Origin: the human T2T-CHM13v2.0 reference genome, Homo sapiens
Length of the DNA: 64,000 nucleotides
Assembly: GCF_009914755.1 (NCBI RefSeq)
Contig: NC_060940.1
Strand: one strand, 5' to 3'
Below the pieces are notes generated by a model. It ran no database searches. It worked only from the letters and a program-made list of their open reading frames with translations, and had not been told where the DNA came from. The first letter of the stretch is position 1. Each line of letters begins with the position of its first letter. Both the position numbers and the translations under genes were made by a program. Below are positions 1-12,990 of the stretch, piece after piece.

Positions 1-73
1 CCTCCCAACACTGTAGCTTTGGGGATTGAGTGTCCGACACATGAACTTTTGGGGACACATTTAAATCATGGCA
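1..73 (-). mobile_element. MaLR LTR terminus (MLT1A/MST-like), truncated by window edge
   Basis: ggggattgag...acacatgaactttttggggacacatttaaatcatggca resembles the reverse complement of the MLT1/MST LTR 5' end. Confidence 0.7.
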
Positions 74-921
74 GGCACCATGACTGAGGAGATGATCAGA
101 ATGGTTGGATCCATTGAACTCTAGCAATGACCAATTGATCATGGGGTTCTTAAGATAGTTCATTAAGATCCAACTTGATCTGTATCATTGAAAAATTGCA
201 CATCTGGTATTAGAAGCTCAACTTGAATTAGCATGACAGAAGATAAAGGTTATGACCCAATTCTGTGGCCTAATTCTGTTTACAGACCCAGAATCCTTTG
301 AATAAAAGAGAAACCCAGTACACTTGATGAAGAAGACTACAATTATATCCACAGTTATGTATTGCAAGTATTACCTCTATTGTTCCCCAAAGGAAACTTT
401 GGCTTCAAACATTATACTATGCAGTGGAAAAAGGAAGATACACAGACCCTTGCAGTGCATTGGACTGAGTTATTGCGAATTATTGTGAATTCCTGAGGAC
501 TAATTGTGGACCAAAGGTTGGACTGAAACTGATAAATAGAGTTTATGCCTGAGCCTTCTAACAGTGGGTTCATTGGATACATTAACCCAATTTAGTTATT
601 CTCCCAGTTCCTGAGTTCATAGTAGGAATAATATTCTCAGAATGCCTGCGGAATGAGAGGTTTATCGGAGAAGGACCAAAGGGAAGTTCCTACAGCTCTC
701 TTCCATGTAATAATAGGTAGCCAAAAATAGTTCCAATTCCTACTAGAGTGCCAAGATTAAGGCCATCAACAAAATCTTAGAAGATCTACCTTATCATTGT
801 ACCATGTACTTTGCCTATTTAATCTGTGTGGAAGATAGATGGATCTGGAATAATTACAGTGGATTATTCTAAACTTAGTAAGTTTTTTACTTCAATTATA
901 GCTACTGTTCCAGATGTAATC
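74..921 (+). mobile_element. Decayed ERVL internal region (gag end, protease, RT N-terminus)
   Basis: Colinear similarity to HERV-L pol: gacccagaatcctttgaa, tcccagttcctgag, gaagatagatggatctgga...acagtggattat...gctactgttccagatgt. No open frame. Confidence 0.8.
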
Positions 922-955
922 TGTATTAGTCAAAGTTCTCCAGAAAACAAAATAT
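922..955 (-). mobile_element. Short inverted MLT2 LTR 3' terminus
   Basis: tgtattagtcaaagttctccagaaaaca is the reverse complement of the MLT2 end and mirrors tgtttctccaaagaaccctgacaaatac at ~1707-1734. Confidence 0.65.
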
Positions 956-959
956 ATAG

Positions 960-1188
960 GATATATTGTTAATATTGCATTATAGTAGTTAAGTTACTGG
1001 ATGTGAATAAGTGTAAACATAAATCAAAGACTTTATCTCCTCTTTTGGGGAAGGAGTTCATGTGTTTTCTGTTGCATGCAGGATAGTTGTATCGTGTTAT
1101 GTGGAATTATGACCTTATTATTGCCTATTTGGAGACTAAGTATGATTTAAGGGATGCATATGAGTGCCAAGTTAACAAGAAGTGGACT
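960..1188 (+). mobile_element. ERVL internal 3' end with polypurine tract
   Basis: gatgcatatgagtgccaagttaacaagaagtggact matches the HERV-L 3' internal end (gggtgccaagttgacaaggggtggact) that precedes the LTR. Confidence 0.75.
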
Positions 1189-1735
1189 TCTAAGAGTTAA
1201 CTTTATATTTCAACTTGACTGGATCATGGAATGCTCAGATATCTGGTTAAACATTATTTCTGGGTGTGTCTGAGGGGATATTTTCACATAACATTAGATT
1301 TGAATTGATAGACTGAGTAGCAGTTTGCCCTCCTAAATACAGGTGGGCATCATCCAATCTGTTGAAAGCCTAAGCAGAACAAAAAGGCAAATGAAGGGAT
1401 AATTTGCTCTGGCTCTTGACTCTGGCTCTGTCACCCTAGTGCTTGAGTTGGGGCTTGAATCTTCTCCTGCCCTTGGCACTCATGGTTCTCAGGTCTTCAG
1501 ACTCAAACTAGAATCTATACCATTGGCTTTCCATCTCTCAGGGCTTCTAGCTACAGCATCAGCCTTCCTGGGTCACCAGCTTGCAGAGAATAGATTGTGG
1601 GATTTATCAGCCTCCATAATCACTGAGGGTAAATGTGAACAAATATATGTGAATACACACACACATGCACACACACAAACACACACACACGCACTTCTAT
1701 TGGATCTGTTTCTCCAAAGAACCCTGACAAATACT
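1189..1735 (+). mobile_element. MLT2 (ERVL) LTR with internal (CA)n
   Basis: tcaacttgactgg...atatctggttaaacattatttctgggtgtgtctg...gtgggcatcatccaatc...ctgtttctccaaagaaccctgacaaatac; (CA)n at ~1655-1690. Confidence 0.9.
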
Positions 1736-3246
1736 GATATTGGTACTGAGAAGTGGAGTGGTGCTACAGCAAATACCCAAAAATGTGGAGGCAGTTTTGG
1801 AACTTGGTATAGGGTAGAGGCTGGAAGAGTTTTGAGATGCATGCAAGAAAAAGCCAATATTGCTGTGAAAGGACTTTTAAAGGTAATTCTGGTGAGGGCT
1901 CAGAGAGAAAAGAGTAGAGATGTAGAGAAAGCTTCCATCTTCTTAGATAATACATAAATAATCATATACAGAATGTGGATAGAAATATGAACAGTTAAGG
2001 CCATACTTTTGGGATCTTGATAAAAATGAGAAGCACGTTATTGGACAATGGAGAAAAGGAGATCCTTGTTATAAAGTGGCAAAGAGTTTGGGTGAATTGT
2101 GTATGTGTTCTAATGTTTTGTGGAAAGCAGAAAGAGATAAAATTCGAAATTTAGCTGAGATTTCTTAGCAAAGTGTTGAAAGAGCAGTCTGACTCCTCCT
2201 GACTGTTTATTACAAAATGTGAGAAGAGAGAAATTTCTTGAAGACAGAATTGTTAAACAAAAAGAAACCAGAACTTAAAAATTTGGAAAATTCTCAGCTT
2301 GTTCATATAACAAAAAGTAAGAAAGTGTGTTCAGAAAAGAACACCAAGCAGGTGGCTGATTGAACTTTCCATAGGGAGATTAGCATGGGTATGAACCACT
2401 AACCTAATCAGCCACCTCAACAGGGGCCAGGAATAGAGATGGGGTCATACCAGCAAAGACACTGTTCATTTGAACTAAAGGGGACAGAAAAAACAGGATG
2501 AAATAAAAAAAAAAAAGCTGTCAAAATTCTTAAATTCTACAAGACCAGACCACAGGGATGTTTGGCTGCAAATATTATTCAAGACAAGGGAAGAATAACC
2601 TTGAAGGCAATTCAGAGATCATCGAGGCTGCTGCTCTCACCACAGGCCCAAAGTGTACATGCCTTTAGAGAGTACAGATGCCTCCATCTCAATTTCAAAG
2701 GCCAAGACCAACACCCAAGACCAACATCACCTGCATCCCAACAGGTCACACAGAGATGTCCAGAAGCTGTAGAGGTGGGACCACTTGGAACCATGGAGCA
2801 GAGCCACAGGCGTGTGAATTCCCACCCAGCAGAGCTGTGGAGGTGGGACTGCTGCCCAGTGGGCCCAGAGGACAGAGTATTTAACCAAAAAAGATTATTC
2901 TCACTCCTCAAGATATAATGGAATTTATCTTGCTGAGTTTTAGACCCCCAGCCCATCATCACCCCTTCTTTCTTTCCTATTTTTCCTTTTCAAAATGGGA
3001 ATGTCTATCTTATGCCTGTTCTACCATTGTATTTGGAAGCACATAACTTGTTTGGTTTTACAGGTTCCCAGCTAGGCAAGAATTTTGCCTCAAAATGAAT
3101 CATACCTCAAGTCTCACCCATAACAGATTTGATTTAAATAATATTTAGGGAGAATTTGTACATAAGGCTTTAGAGTCATGGGGGCTGTTAAGATAGGATG
3201 AATGTATTTTGCATGGGAGAAGGACATGAATTTTGGGAGGGTGAAA
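1736..3246 (+). mobile_element. MaLR internal region (MLT1-int), near complete, from PBS region to PPT
   Basis: Starts attggtactgagaagtgg...aaatgtggaggcagttttggaacttgg...gtagaggctggaagagttttgag. Ends gaatgtattttgcatgggagaaggacatgaattttgggagg. Confidence 0.85.
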
Positions 3247-3642
3247 TGTTATGGCCTACATCTTTGTGCCACCTCCCAAATTCATATGTTGAAATTCTAA
3301 TTCCCAAAAGGATACTATTCGAAGGTGAAGCCTTTGGGAGGTAATTAGGTTTAGATAGAATCATGAGAGTGGAGCACCCATGAGAAGATTAATGTCCTTA
3401 TAAGAGGAGAAAGAAATAAGAGCATTTTTTCTTGACCATGTGAGCTGATTGTGCATCATGAGATATGGAGTGAGAAGGCAGCTATCCACAAGCCAGAAAG
3501 CAGGCCCTCACCAGACACTGGGTCTGTCAGCACCTTCATCTTGGACTTCCCAGCCTCCAGAACTATGGGAAATAAAGTGTTTGTTGTATAAGTCACCCAC
3601 TGTATGATATTTTTGTTACAGCAGCCTGAACTCACTAAGACA
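3247..3642 (+). mobile_element. MLT1A-type MaLR LTR
   Basis: TG...CA ends (tgttatgg...ctaagaca), ccaaattcatatgttgaa, cttggacttcccagcctccagaact, and AATAAA at ~3571. Confidence 0.9.
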
Positions 3643-6070
3643 GAGTCTTTTTAGTGGAATAAATCAATACAGCCCCTGGCACCTATTGTGTAGATATCGA
3701 TCTGTCTAATGCATTTTGCTCTATCTCAATTAGCAGAAAATACCAGAAGCAATTACTAAGTAACTCGTAAAACTGACAATTTATAAGAAGATTCCGAGCA
3801 AGAGAAGGCTGTCCAGCTAGTCCAGCTCAGCCAGTTAAACTTTATGATTCTGCAGATCCAGTGATGTTTGATTTGTGGTGGCTTCAGATGCTATATAAGG
3901 CTTGAGTCAAGACATGTTAGGAGAATGGTAGTTGCAACCCTTAGAGGTTGGTAGCAAAGACAGTCTCTTTTCAGAAAGTTGATGCTCTCCTTTTAGGAAG
4001 TTCTTTCTCAAAGCTCCTGAATGTCAAGAAGCCATGCAAACTGAGCTGTCTTCATGAAGTAGGAGTTGTCAGCTCCACCAAGCTATAGTGTCAAGAAGAC
4101 TGTGCTGCATTCTATCATCCAGGAAATGTGGTACCTATGGAATTGGACTTGAGGAGATCTTTAAGGCATACATTATTCACAGGAGCCTCACACTCTCAGT
4201 ATATTCACTCCTGCCCATTGCAGCCTCAAGACTCTTGAGAAATCCCTATAATCATTTGGCTAAGAAGGAAAATCGAGTCTAATCTTTGGTGCAAGTGAGA
4301 AATGGATTGCTGTGGCTTGTATCCCCACTAAAGGATGGCCTTGAAGGACAATGGAGAAAGGAAAGTTTTCCTGTAGACAGAATTTTAAGTAGTCAATCTC
4401 ATGATGTGAAGTCCAGGCTTTCAAAAAGAATGAGATTACAGGATCAATAAGAAGTCAGTTTTAATGAAGAAAGGGCATCTCTAAATGGATCCAGAATATG
4501 AAAGTACTTGTGTCCCATACGAAAGCTCAGCAAAGAGCCCCATTGTGTAGGAGGTTCTCAATAGTCATGTGGTAAATCAAACCCCTGTAGATATCTGTCA
4601 GCCTCTTTCCAGACACTCTTGTGAATGGGTTGATGGATAATGTAGCCATGGTGGCAAAGACAGAGGTGATGCACAGGTTCAAGAGCACAAAGTTAGTTTC
4701 AGGGATCGCCATTACGGAGTGTAACCGGGTCCTAAACACTACATAACTGCCTGAGGACCAGCCTGCTGCCTGGTGGCAATTGATTACCTTAGACCCCTTC
4801 CTTTGGGAAGGGACAGATATTTGTCCTCTGGACTAGATACTTATTCTCTATATAAGTTTTGTGTTTTGTTCATAATGTCTCCCACAATCCCAAAAGGCAT
4901 GCAATCACTCAATGCTTTGTTCATGATCATAGTAGTACACACAATGCTGCCTCCTCATTTTATAGCAAAAGTAATAAAGTATTATCTAATGTTCATGGCT
5001 TTTACTTGTCTTTCTCAGTACCTTACCTCCTAGAAGTAGTTGGTCTTGCAGAATGATGGAGTGGCCCATGGAATTATAGGCTGTTAGAGACGACAATCTC
5101 TTGGGAGACTGAATAATTGTCCTAGGTAATATGTGTTCTGAACAAACGACAGACCAATGTATGACGTCATTTCTCTCATAGCCACACTACAAAGCAGCAG
5201 GAAACAGTGGGTGGGAGGATGTGTGGCTCCTCTCACTATCACAACTCACAATCTAAAAAAGTATTTCCTTTATATTTACACAATTCTGGACTTTGCTGGC
5301 TTATGGGTCTTGATACCTAAGGATGAAACGCTTTCTTCCACAAAGGTAATGGTTGGTCCATTGAATAGAAATGAGACTTCCTGCTGGCCACTTCATGGTC
5401 TTCAAAATAAGTGTTGACTAAGATAATCTTTTCTTATTACAAAGGAAATGCCACATAATGGGAATTAGGGAAAATAAAATGGAACCCAAATGTTTCTAGC
5501 GCTGACATTTGTAGAGATAAGTATTAATGGAAAATGGTAGAAACACTAAATTGATCATACTTCCAAGGTTCAAACCCCTAGAAATGAATGAACCTCCCAG
5601 AAGACCCCAAGAAGCTGGATGCTGATAGAGGCAAAGGAATATGAAATGGGACATGGAGGAAGGAAGTTTTAAATGCCAACCAAACCTGATGACCCATCTC
5701 AGAAACAAACGCTGAAGAAGCTATCCACATTTTTCACTTGCCCTGGTATCTAGATATTTATTTATATTAACTATTTTTATTTTTCCCTACTGTTTCATAT
5801 GGGATATGTACTCGGTGATTACATTTACAAATTACACTTTAGCTTTCCAGTATCAAGACAGAATTAAGACTAGAAAGTCTATTACATAATTTGGAAATCG
5901 GTGCGATGACTGATAAGAATTTGAGTCTTTCTTTTTTAGAAGTAAGGGTGAGGTTTTTTTGTTCATTAAAGAGGCAGGTTTAATTATATTAAGCAAGAGC
6001 ATATTATTAATGCTATTCTTATTTTCTGGAAGCTTAAGGGGAATAGGAAGAGTAGGTATGGCGTTGAGTA
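3643..6070 (+). mobile_element. Decayed ERVL internal region (RT remainder, RNase H, integrase, 3' region)
   Basis: Resumes the pol homology interrupted at 921. ORF 4773-5033 (IDYLRPLP...GLDTYS) resembles ERVL integrase WQVDYIGPLP...GIDTYS. ORF 5157-5417 contains VAPLTIT and AGLWVLIP, as in the ERVL pol C-terminus. Confidence 0.8.
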
Positions 6071-6073
6071 AAA

Positions 6074-6577
6074 AACATAATGGAATGAGACAGAAAATGC
6101 AGAATAGCTCACTTGTTGCTACTCCAAACACCTTCTTGCATTCCTTCTTCACAACAGAAGCCACAAAGCTAAAGATGACATTTCCTTAGCTCTCTTGCAG
6201 CTATGGTTCTGCAAGTAGCCTTACTTCATCAAGTAGATGCATCATTATGAAATTAGAAGGCTGAAACAATATCGCACGTGTCTGAGGACACTTGGCTTTT
6301 CTGGCATGGTGTAAGCAAATCTTCCTTCTGTGGTAGTTGTATCAGTGTTTCTCATGTTCACTCCCTAGCTTCATGGGTGCTGAGCTTAAACCAGTAGCAG
6401 AGGCAAGGGATCAGCTGGAATAGCCATTTGGTAGGGTAGATAGATTATTTCTCCCTGTGTATGGTATCTATGCCAGGTTTCCTAGCTCTCTCAGACCCAG
6501 ACCTTAAATAAACTACCTCATACCATGTACTGTATCAGAATGGATCTGTTGTATGCAACTAAATCTCAAATATTCAA
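6074..6577 (+). mobile_element. ERVL LTR, LTR33-like; probable 3' LTR of the host provirus
   Basis: acatttccttagctctcttgcagctatggttct core; aataaa followed by tctgttgtatgcaactaa near the end; follows the ERVL internal region. Confidence 0.6.
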
Positions 6578-6789
6578 AGAGAAACTATTAACTAACAATA
6601 ACTTTCTCTAGAAAGGCTCACTTCCTCTTCTTTGCACTCAGTGCCTGCTGTATGCTCTCATAGTTCATCATTTTTCTCACTGTAATATTTTTTATTATTG
6701 CTCAACTCTCTCTTACCTCACCCTCTAGAATGGACATATTCTGATGACAGTCCCCTGTAATTTATCCATATTCTGATAAAAGTATATTG

Positions 6790-7110
6790 TGTTGCCTTTG
6801 GGGAACTCCACTCTCCCAATCTCAGCCCAGGTGGTTAGGGCATGTGACCCAAACATGGCCAATCAGCATACTCTATGACCTTGGTTCAGGAGTAAATTGT
6901 GATGTAGGGTCAGACCAAGGAGAGTATGCTTGGGACTTCATGTTAGAACTACTGCAAACATGGCATTCTTGCACTGGGCTCCCTTGGGTGACAGAACATA
7001 AGTCTGGAATATCTTGACAGATTAGTATCATTTGAGAAGAAATTGAAAATTAAACCAACAGAAAGCAGAACTTGGTGGTGGAGAAAGAACCATTAATTCT
7101 GATGACATTA
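6790..7110 (+). mobile_element. Old ERVL/MaLR LTR fragment (LTR16-like)
   Basis: gggcatgtgacccaaacatggccaatcagcat motif. Confidence 0.45.
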
Positions 7111-7114
7111 TTTG

Positions 7115-8500
7115 ACCATATTTTGGAAAAAAAGTACAAACAAAATGTAAACATCATCTGAAATCCTACCACTCAGAGATAATCTAAGTTAACATGTTTA
7201 TGACCAGGCTTTCATGTATCTCTAGGTAAAAACATACACATAGTTTTTCCTAAATGCAATCATATTATGTATTATTTTTATTACAAATGTTTTTCATTTT
7301 TTTCTATAATTTAATTTTATTTACATCTTGCTATTCCCTCTTTTTCTCTCCCCACTTTCATTTCTCCACCCCACCTTCCAGCAACAAATGCTAAGGGCCC
7401 AGTGTTTTTATTTCTATATATTTCTTCCTGACCAAACAAATATAAGTAACGATTAATATACTTATTAGAATTATATTGTTATTGCTGTTTTTCTTGTTAT
7501 AACAATGGCATTATATTGTATACCTACTTTGCATGTAGCTTTTCTGCTATAACAATACATTATGGAAATATTTCAGGTTAAATGATACAAATTTAATTCA
7601 TTACAGGTGCTCCTCAACTTACAATGAGGTTATGCCCTGATAAACCCATTATAAGTTGAAAATATTATAAGTCCAAAATGTACTTAATGCACCTAACCTA
7701 CTAAACATCATAGCCTATCCTGTCCTACTTTAAACATGCCTAGAAGACTTACATTAATTGATAATTGGGCAAAATCATCTAACACAAAGCCTATTTTATA
7801 ATAAGGCATTGAACTACTCATGTAGTTAATTGAATACTGCACTAAAAGTGAAAAACAGAATGGTTGTAAAAGTACTTGAGATAGAGTTTCTACTGAAGGT
7901 GTATTTCTTTTGCACCACTGTGAAGTTGAAAACTCTTAAGTACAACCATCGTAAGTCAGGGACTGTCTATTTTTTAATGATTGCAAAATATTACCCACTG
8001 TGGATGTACCATGTTTCATTCAGCCCTTCCTCTATCACTTGATATTTAGTTTGTTTCATTTCATTTGTTTCATTCTTTTCTCTCTCTTCCACTGAAAAAC
8101 ATGCTAGAATAAAGATATCATTATATCCTGGTGTCTTTTTTTAATCAGCCAAATTCCCAGAAGTGGGATTGCAGGGTCAGAAGATCTGTATGTTTCACTT
8201 TAAAGGCATATTGCCAGATTGCTTTCCAAAGGGCTAAAATAATTTCCATCTCCATCAGAAATGTGTGATGCCTCTTTCTCTTTGGCATATCACCAGGTCT
8301 GAGTGATAATGCACTTAAAATATTTGCATTGTATCTTTAATTAGAAATGTTCCTGATTAGTATTGAGGTTAAGCATCTTTTCATATGCTTATTGACCATT
8401 TCGATTTGCCCTTCTCTAAATAAGCTATTCATATACTTTTCTATTGAACTGTCTTTCTTTATTATTAATGTGATGATACACAGGATGCAATCAAAATCAC
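7115..8500 (-). mobile_element. Ancient L1M (L1ME-like) 3' region, interrupted by MER47A
   Basis: agaagtgggattgc...ttgccagattgctttccaaagg...gaggttaagcatcttttcatatgcttattgaccatt. Confidence 0.7.
7604..7969 (+). mobile_element. MER47A (Tigger-family MITE), full length
   Basis: caggtgctcctcaacttacaatg...aaccatcgtaagtcagggactgtct terminal inverted repeats; preceded by TA; 366 bp. Confidence 0.9.
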
Positions 8501-10408
8501 AAGATATTATTTTAGGAAAATATGCAACATACATATGTATGTGTATATTTGTGTGTATGTGTGTAGGACAGATAAATGGCTAATACTTATACTAAGAGGG
8601 TCTTTGTGATTCTAAACTTTTGCCCTTAGACAATAGAACATGGCATGGAGAAGAATAAAAAAGCTGGTCGATTTGCTCAGAAATCTATAACTGTCGCAAC
8701 AGCATATTTGAGAATTTGGAACCCCAATGAAAAGCCCAGTGAAGAAGAGAAAGTTCATTCCAAAAATGAGAACAGAATAGGAAATGTGAACTGAAAATGA
8801 TGAAGAGAAAAGAAGAGGCTGCAGCTTTAAATAATAATGAGCCAAGGCAGGGCTATTCAGGCTCAAAGTCAAGGGCAGGGGTGAATATCAGTCTGATAAA
8901 GGTCACCCCCCACCCTTTTATTCTGTGCCTCCTATGCTGTTCACCACTTTTAACCACAGTGGGGGCATCTCATCAACTACACCATGCAGAGGCCCAGGTC
9001 TTCACTTGCTTGTTATTCCACAGCAGATCTAAAAGGTAGAGCACCTTTGTGATCTGTACACTTGGCAAGAAGACCAGAGTCACAAAAGTGTTTGCAGTAA
9101 CTCTCAGAGCCTGCTCCATTCCCTCTATAGCTGCCAAGATTTGCTCATTGCCAGTCTGTCTTCCATTGTTCAAGTTACCATGACAATATACCATTCTTCA
9201 ATATAAAGATAACCTTACTGATCCCCCCTTCTTCACATGGCAGTTTAAATCGGTTTCCTGCATGTAAAATGGGTTGTTGAGGCATAATCACAGATATTAG
9301 ATATGGAAGAAACTTAGAAACCAGCCAGGTTAATACATAGCATGTGCACTCACACACTCTTCCTGTCCACATCCATGGCAGATATCACCAATTGACCGCA
9401 GAACCCTCTTCTTTAGAGCCTGAATATAGCTCCAAATTTCTCTTTCATTTGGTGTTCTTTAAAAATGGATCCAAGTTCATATATGAGATGAATACGATTT
9501 GCCTTCCCTGACCAACTTTATCTAGAGATGGTAAAGGTGAGGATTGAGGGGAAAATGTCTAGTAGCACAAAAGAAGTAACCAGTAGAACCAGGGAGAATG
9601 GCATAGGGAGATGTTTGGAAAAGGAAAGAAATTCAACTTACTCAATGTGTTTGTGCCATGTTTATTGAGGTGTTGTGCTTGCAGTTTTGAACATGTTATC
9701 TCAAGACAGAAAATAGTTCTACTTTGAGCGTGCTTCATTAGTTACTCTCTTGATCAGTGTCCTTTACAGATATACAAGACAAAGTGCCAAGATCATGGCT
9801 CCAGCTGTGGCCAGGGGCCGAGTGATGCTAACTAGGACATGAATGCAGTGTGATGAAAGCCACGACCTCATTCCCCTTATCTTTGTGCTCTCATCATCCA
9901 CTTCCACTTCAGCATTATGACTTTGAGCCTATGCCAGAAAGAATGGCACTCTTAAAGGAAGCTGCTATGCCTCATCTGGTGATGAGCTCAGCCATGTACA
10001 GACTTAATATGTATGAGAGCCAGTTAGCTTGGCCTAGAAAAACTTGCTCTAGAACCACATGTTGTATTAATGGAAAGTACTGTACTTTCCACTTTGGCCA
10101 ATAACTACCCTTTATCACAAAGGGCCAAATAAGAAAATGAGCAGCTCAGTATAACCCATCTTGTCTGCCAGACACTATCTAATCCCCTCCTTGACACAAA
10201 ACATTACCATCATCGCCACTGCTGATACGTGGCAAGATTATGGCATAGATATAAAATTGCCATTGGTGATGACATTAAAGTTATCTAACTAATAAGCACT
10301 TTGTTCCTCTACTGTTTCATAGAATTTAATCACCATTTGCCATATGCTCTGCAATATCAGAGAGAGATATTTGGGGAAGAAATTCAACAGCTTATAAGTA
10401 ATAAATAT

Positions 10409-10610
10409 GCATGGACTTTGAGATCAGACAGACATGGGTGTACATCCTGACTCTGCCACTTAATTATGTGACTTTAGATAAGTAACTTAACTTCTCTGAG
10501 TCTCAAGTGCTTCAACTATAAAATAAAACGTGGGTAACAATGAGATAATGAAAGGAAGATATGAGGCATAATTCTTGGCATATAGTAAACTTTTCATGAA
10601 TGCTTAATAT
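10409..10610 (+). mobile_element. MIR SINE
   Basis: gactttgagatcagacagac...tcctgactctgccactta...tgtgacttt...aagtaacttaacttctctgagtctca core. Confidence 0.85.
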
Positions 10611-11206
10611 TATTAAATATTTTCATATTAAGAGTAAAAAGTAATGAATGGTAATAATTTCTACTATTGTTACTAGTAATAGTAATAGATATTTGCTTGT
10701 CTCCCTCAGCCCCCATAATTACTTACCTTCACCACCCTTGCAACCCATTCTTAGCAAACTTTCCCAAATGAGCTTTAATTCATTCCATTTCTCAGAGAAA
10801 AGCCATCCTTCCTCCAGCTAGCCATAAGAAGTCCTCTGGAGAGTCAAGTTCAATGTCTGCTTCTGGGAAGCTCTCTCTCAGCACCTAGGAGATGCCCTTT
10901 GTTCCTGATCTTCGGTACCATGCCCTCTGGTACTTCTTTCAGTCCACATATGCTTATTACATGCCTGTGTTGTGATAAGCATTACAATCACGCTCTCTGC
11001 TATCAAGTGAGATTGCATTTGGGCCTTTGATTTGCTGGTCTCTATTTGCTGTGTTTTCCTGCCTCCCCCACAAATTCACGTGGTTGGATCTTCTCAGTTT
11101 TGCAGACGTCAGGTTAAGTGTTGCCTCTGCAGAGCAGCCTTCCTTTATCCTGCTCTTCCAGTAGCATTCCCCACCTCTCCACCAGTTACTCTTCAATCTT
11201 CTTACT

Positions 11207-11400
11207 TTCTTTCTTTTTTTTTTTTATATAACTTTTTAGTTATTTACTTTTTAGAGACAGGGTCTGGCTCTGTTGCTCAGGCTGGAGCGCAGCGGCACAA
11301 TCATAGCCCACTGCAGCCTTGAACTTCTTGGTTCGAGTGATCCTCCTACCTCAGCAACTCAAAGTGCTGGCATTACAGGCATGAGGCACCGTGCCCAGCT
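11207..11400 (-). mobile_element. Alu monomer (FRAM or internally deleted AluJ)
   Basis: gagacagggtct...cactgcagccttgaact...caaagtgctggcattacaggcatgag; single arm plus T-rich tail. Confidence 0.85.
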
Positions 11401-11482
11401 CAATCTGCTTTTCTCATTTGTTTTCATTTTTCCATATTTCTTTCCTATTGGAAGGTAAACTTCATTAGAATAAGAATCTTGT

Positions 11483-11796
<314 letters not shown>

Positions 11797-12789
11797 AGAA
11801 TCTTGTCTATCTTGTTCATTGCTGTACCTGTACCCCCAGCATGTAGAACATTACCTAACATATGTAATGAGCTCAATAAATAGCTGCTGGGTAAATAAAT
11901 AATTTTTGCTTTTTCCTCAAATATTATTAGAAGCTTCAGGACAATACCATCTAGAACAGGTATTACTTTTACAGTCAGTTTACTGTGCTTGAGACAGTAT
12001 TACTCAACAGTTGAATAAAATAGCTGGCAATAACTAAATTCAATGGGAAGTATTGTTAAGATATGAATCCTTGGCATATTATCACTAGATTATAAGCTCC
12101 TTGGGGGTAAAAGTCAACTCTTTTTCATTGCTGTGCTTCCTGTAGTGCCCAGCAAGCATCATTAAATGCACTTTTATAATAAGAGCTTAGCTATGTCAAA
12201 TGGAATTGAACAGAATAGCACAAGCGTCTGCAGAAATGTTCAAACACCCGCAAGAGGCAACAATAAAACTGCAAACTCACACCCGCTTCCTCTGCAGCAT
12301 TGGCTCGGATCTTAGAAAAGCACTATCTATAATTAGGATTTTATTCTTTTTATATCCACAGTATAAGAAAGGAGCTCTTACTTTCTGGGTGGCTGGAAAA
12401 ACAGAAAATAAACCACCATGTGAAACAAAAATGAAGATGCTCGAATTATTTCCGTTTTATTACCAGATCCCTGATTAAATGTGCCTGTCTGCATTTCCTT
12501 ATTCTTCAGTAGACTCTATTTCTAATCTAAGCCTTGTCATACCTGACCAAATATATCTTTTTCCACTGGAAATTTAGGCTGATGACAAAGATAAGATAGG
12601 TTAGTGTCTAGGAAGCATCTTGCAGTTGCTGGGGCTAATGACCTTCTCATTAACTCATAACTCATAATAAGGAGGAAGGTGGTGGCTTCTATTTATTAAG
12701 TGCATATTATGTGGCTGGTGCCAATAATATGTTAAGTAAGCCACGTGTATTAACCATGTAGTATTTTACATATATTAAAAAAGAAAACG

Positions 12790-12990
12790 CCAAACCTGAT
12801 ACTGGTGAAATCTGAATACTGCCTAATAGTTTGGTTGGTATTATTGTACCAATGTCAGTTTCTGGTATTGATAATGTACTAATTTATCTAATATGTTACA
12901 TGTTAGGAAGCTGGCAGAAAGGTGCAAGAAAACTCTCTACTCTTCTTATAACTTTCTATGGATCTAGAATTATTTCAAAATAAAAAGTTT
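12790..12990 (+). mobile_element. L1M 3' UTR end, flanked by MIR fragments
   Basis: attgtaccaatgtcagtttctgg...ggaagctggc...aaactctcta...tcaaaataaaaagtt. Confidence 0.65.

Noticed and set aside
1439-1957. Longest ORF (172 aa)
   Set aside because: It runs through the MLT2 LTR, a (CA)n tract and into the MaLR internal region, and has a non-ATG start. It is a chance read-through, not a gene.
4773-5417. ORFs with integrase-like residues as a domesticated gene
   Set aside because: They are short, frameshifted pieces of decayed ERVL pol with no intact catalytic domain.
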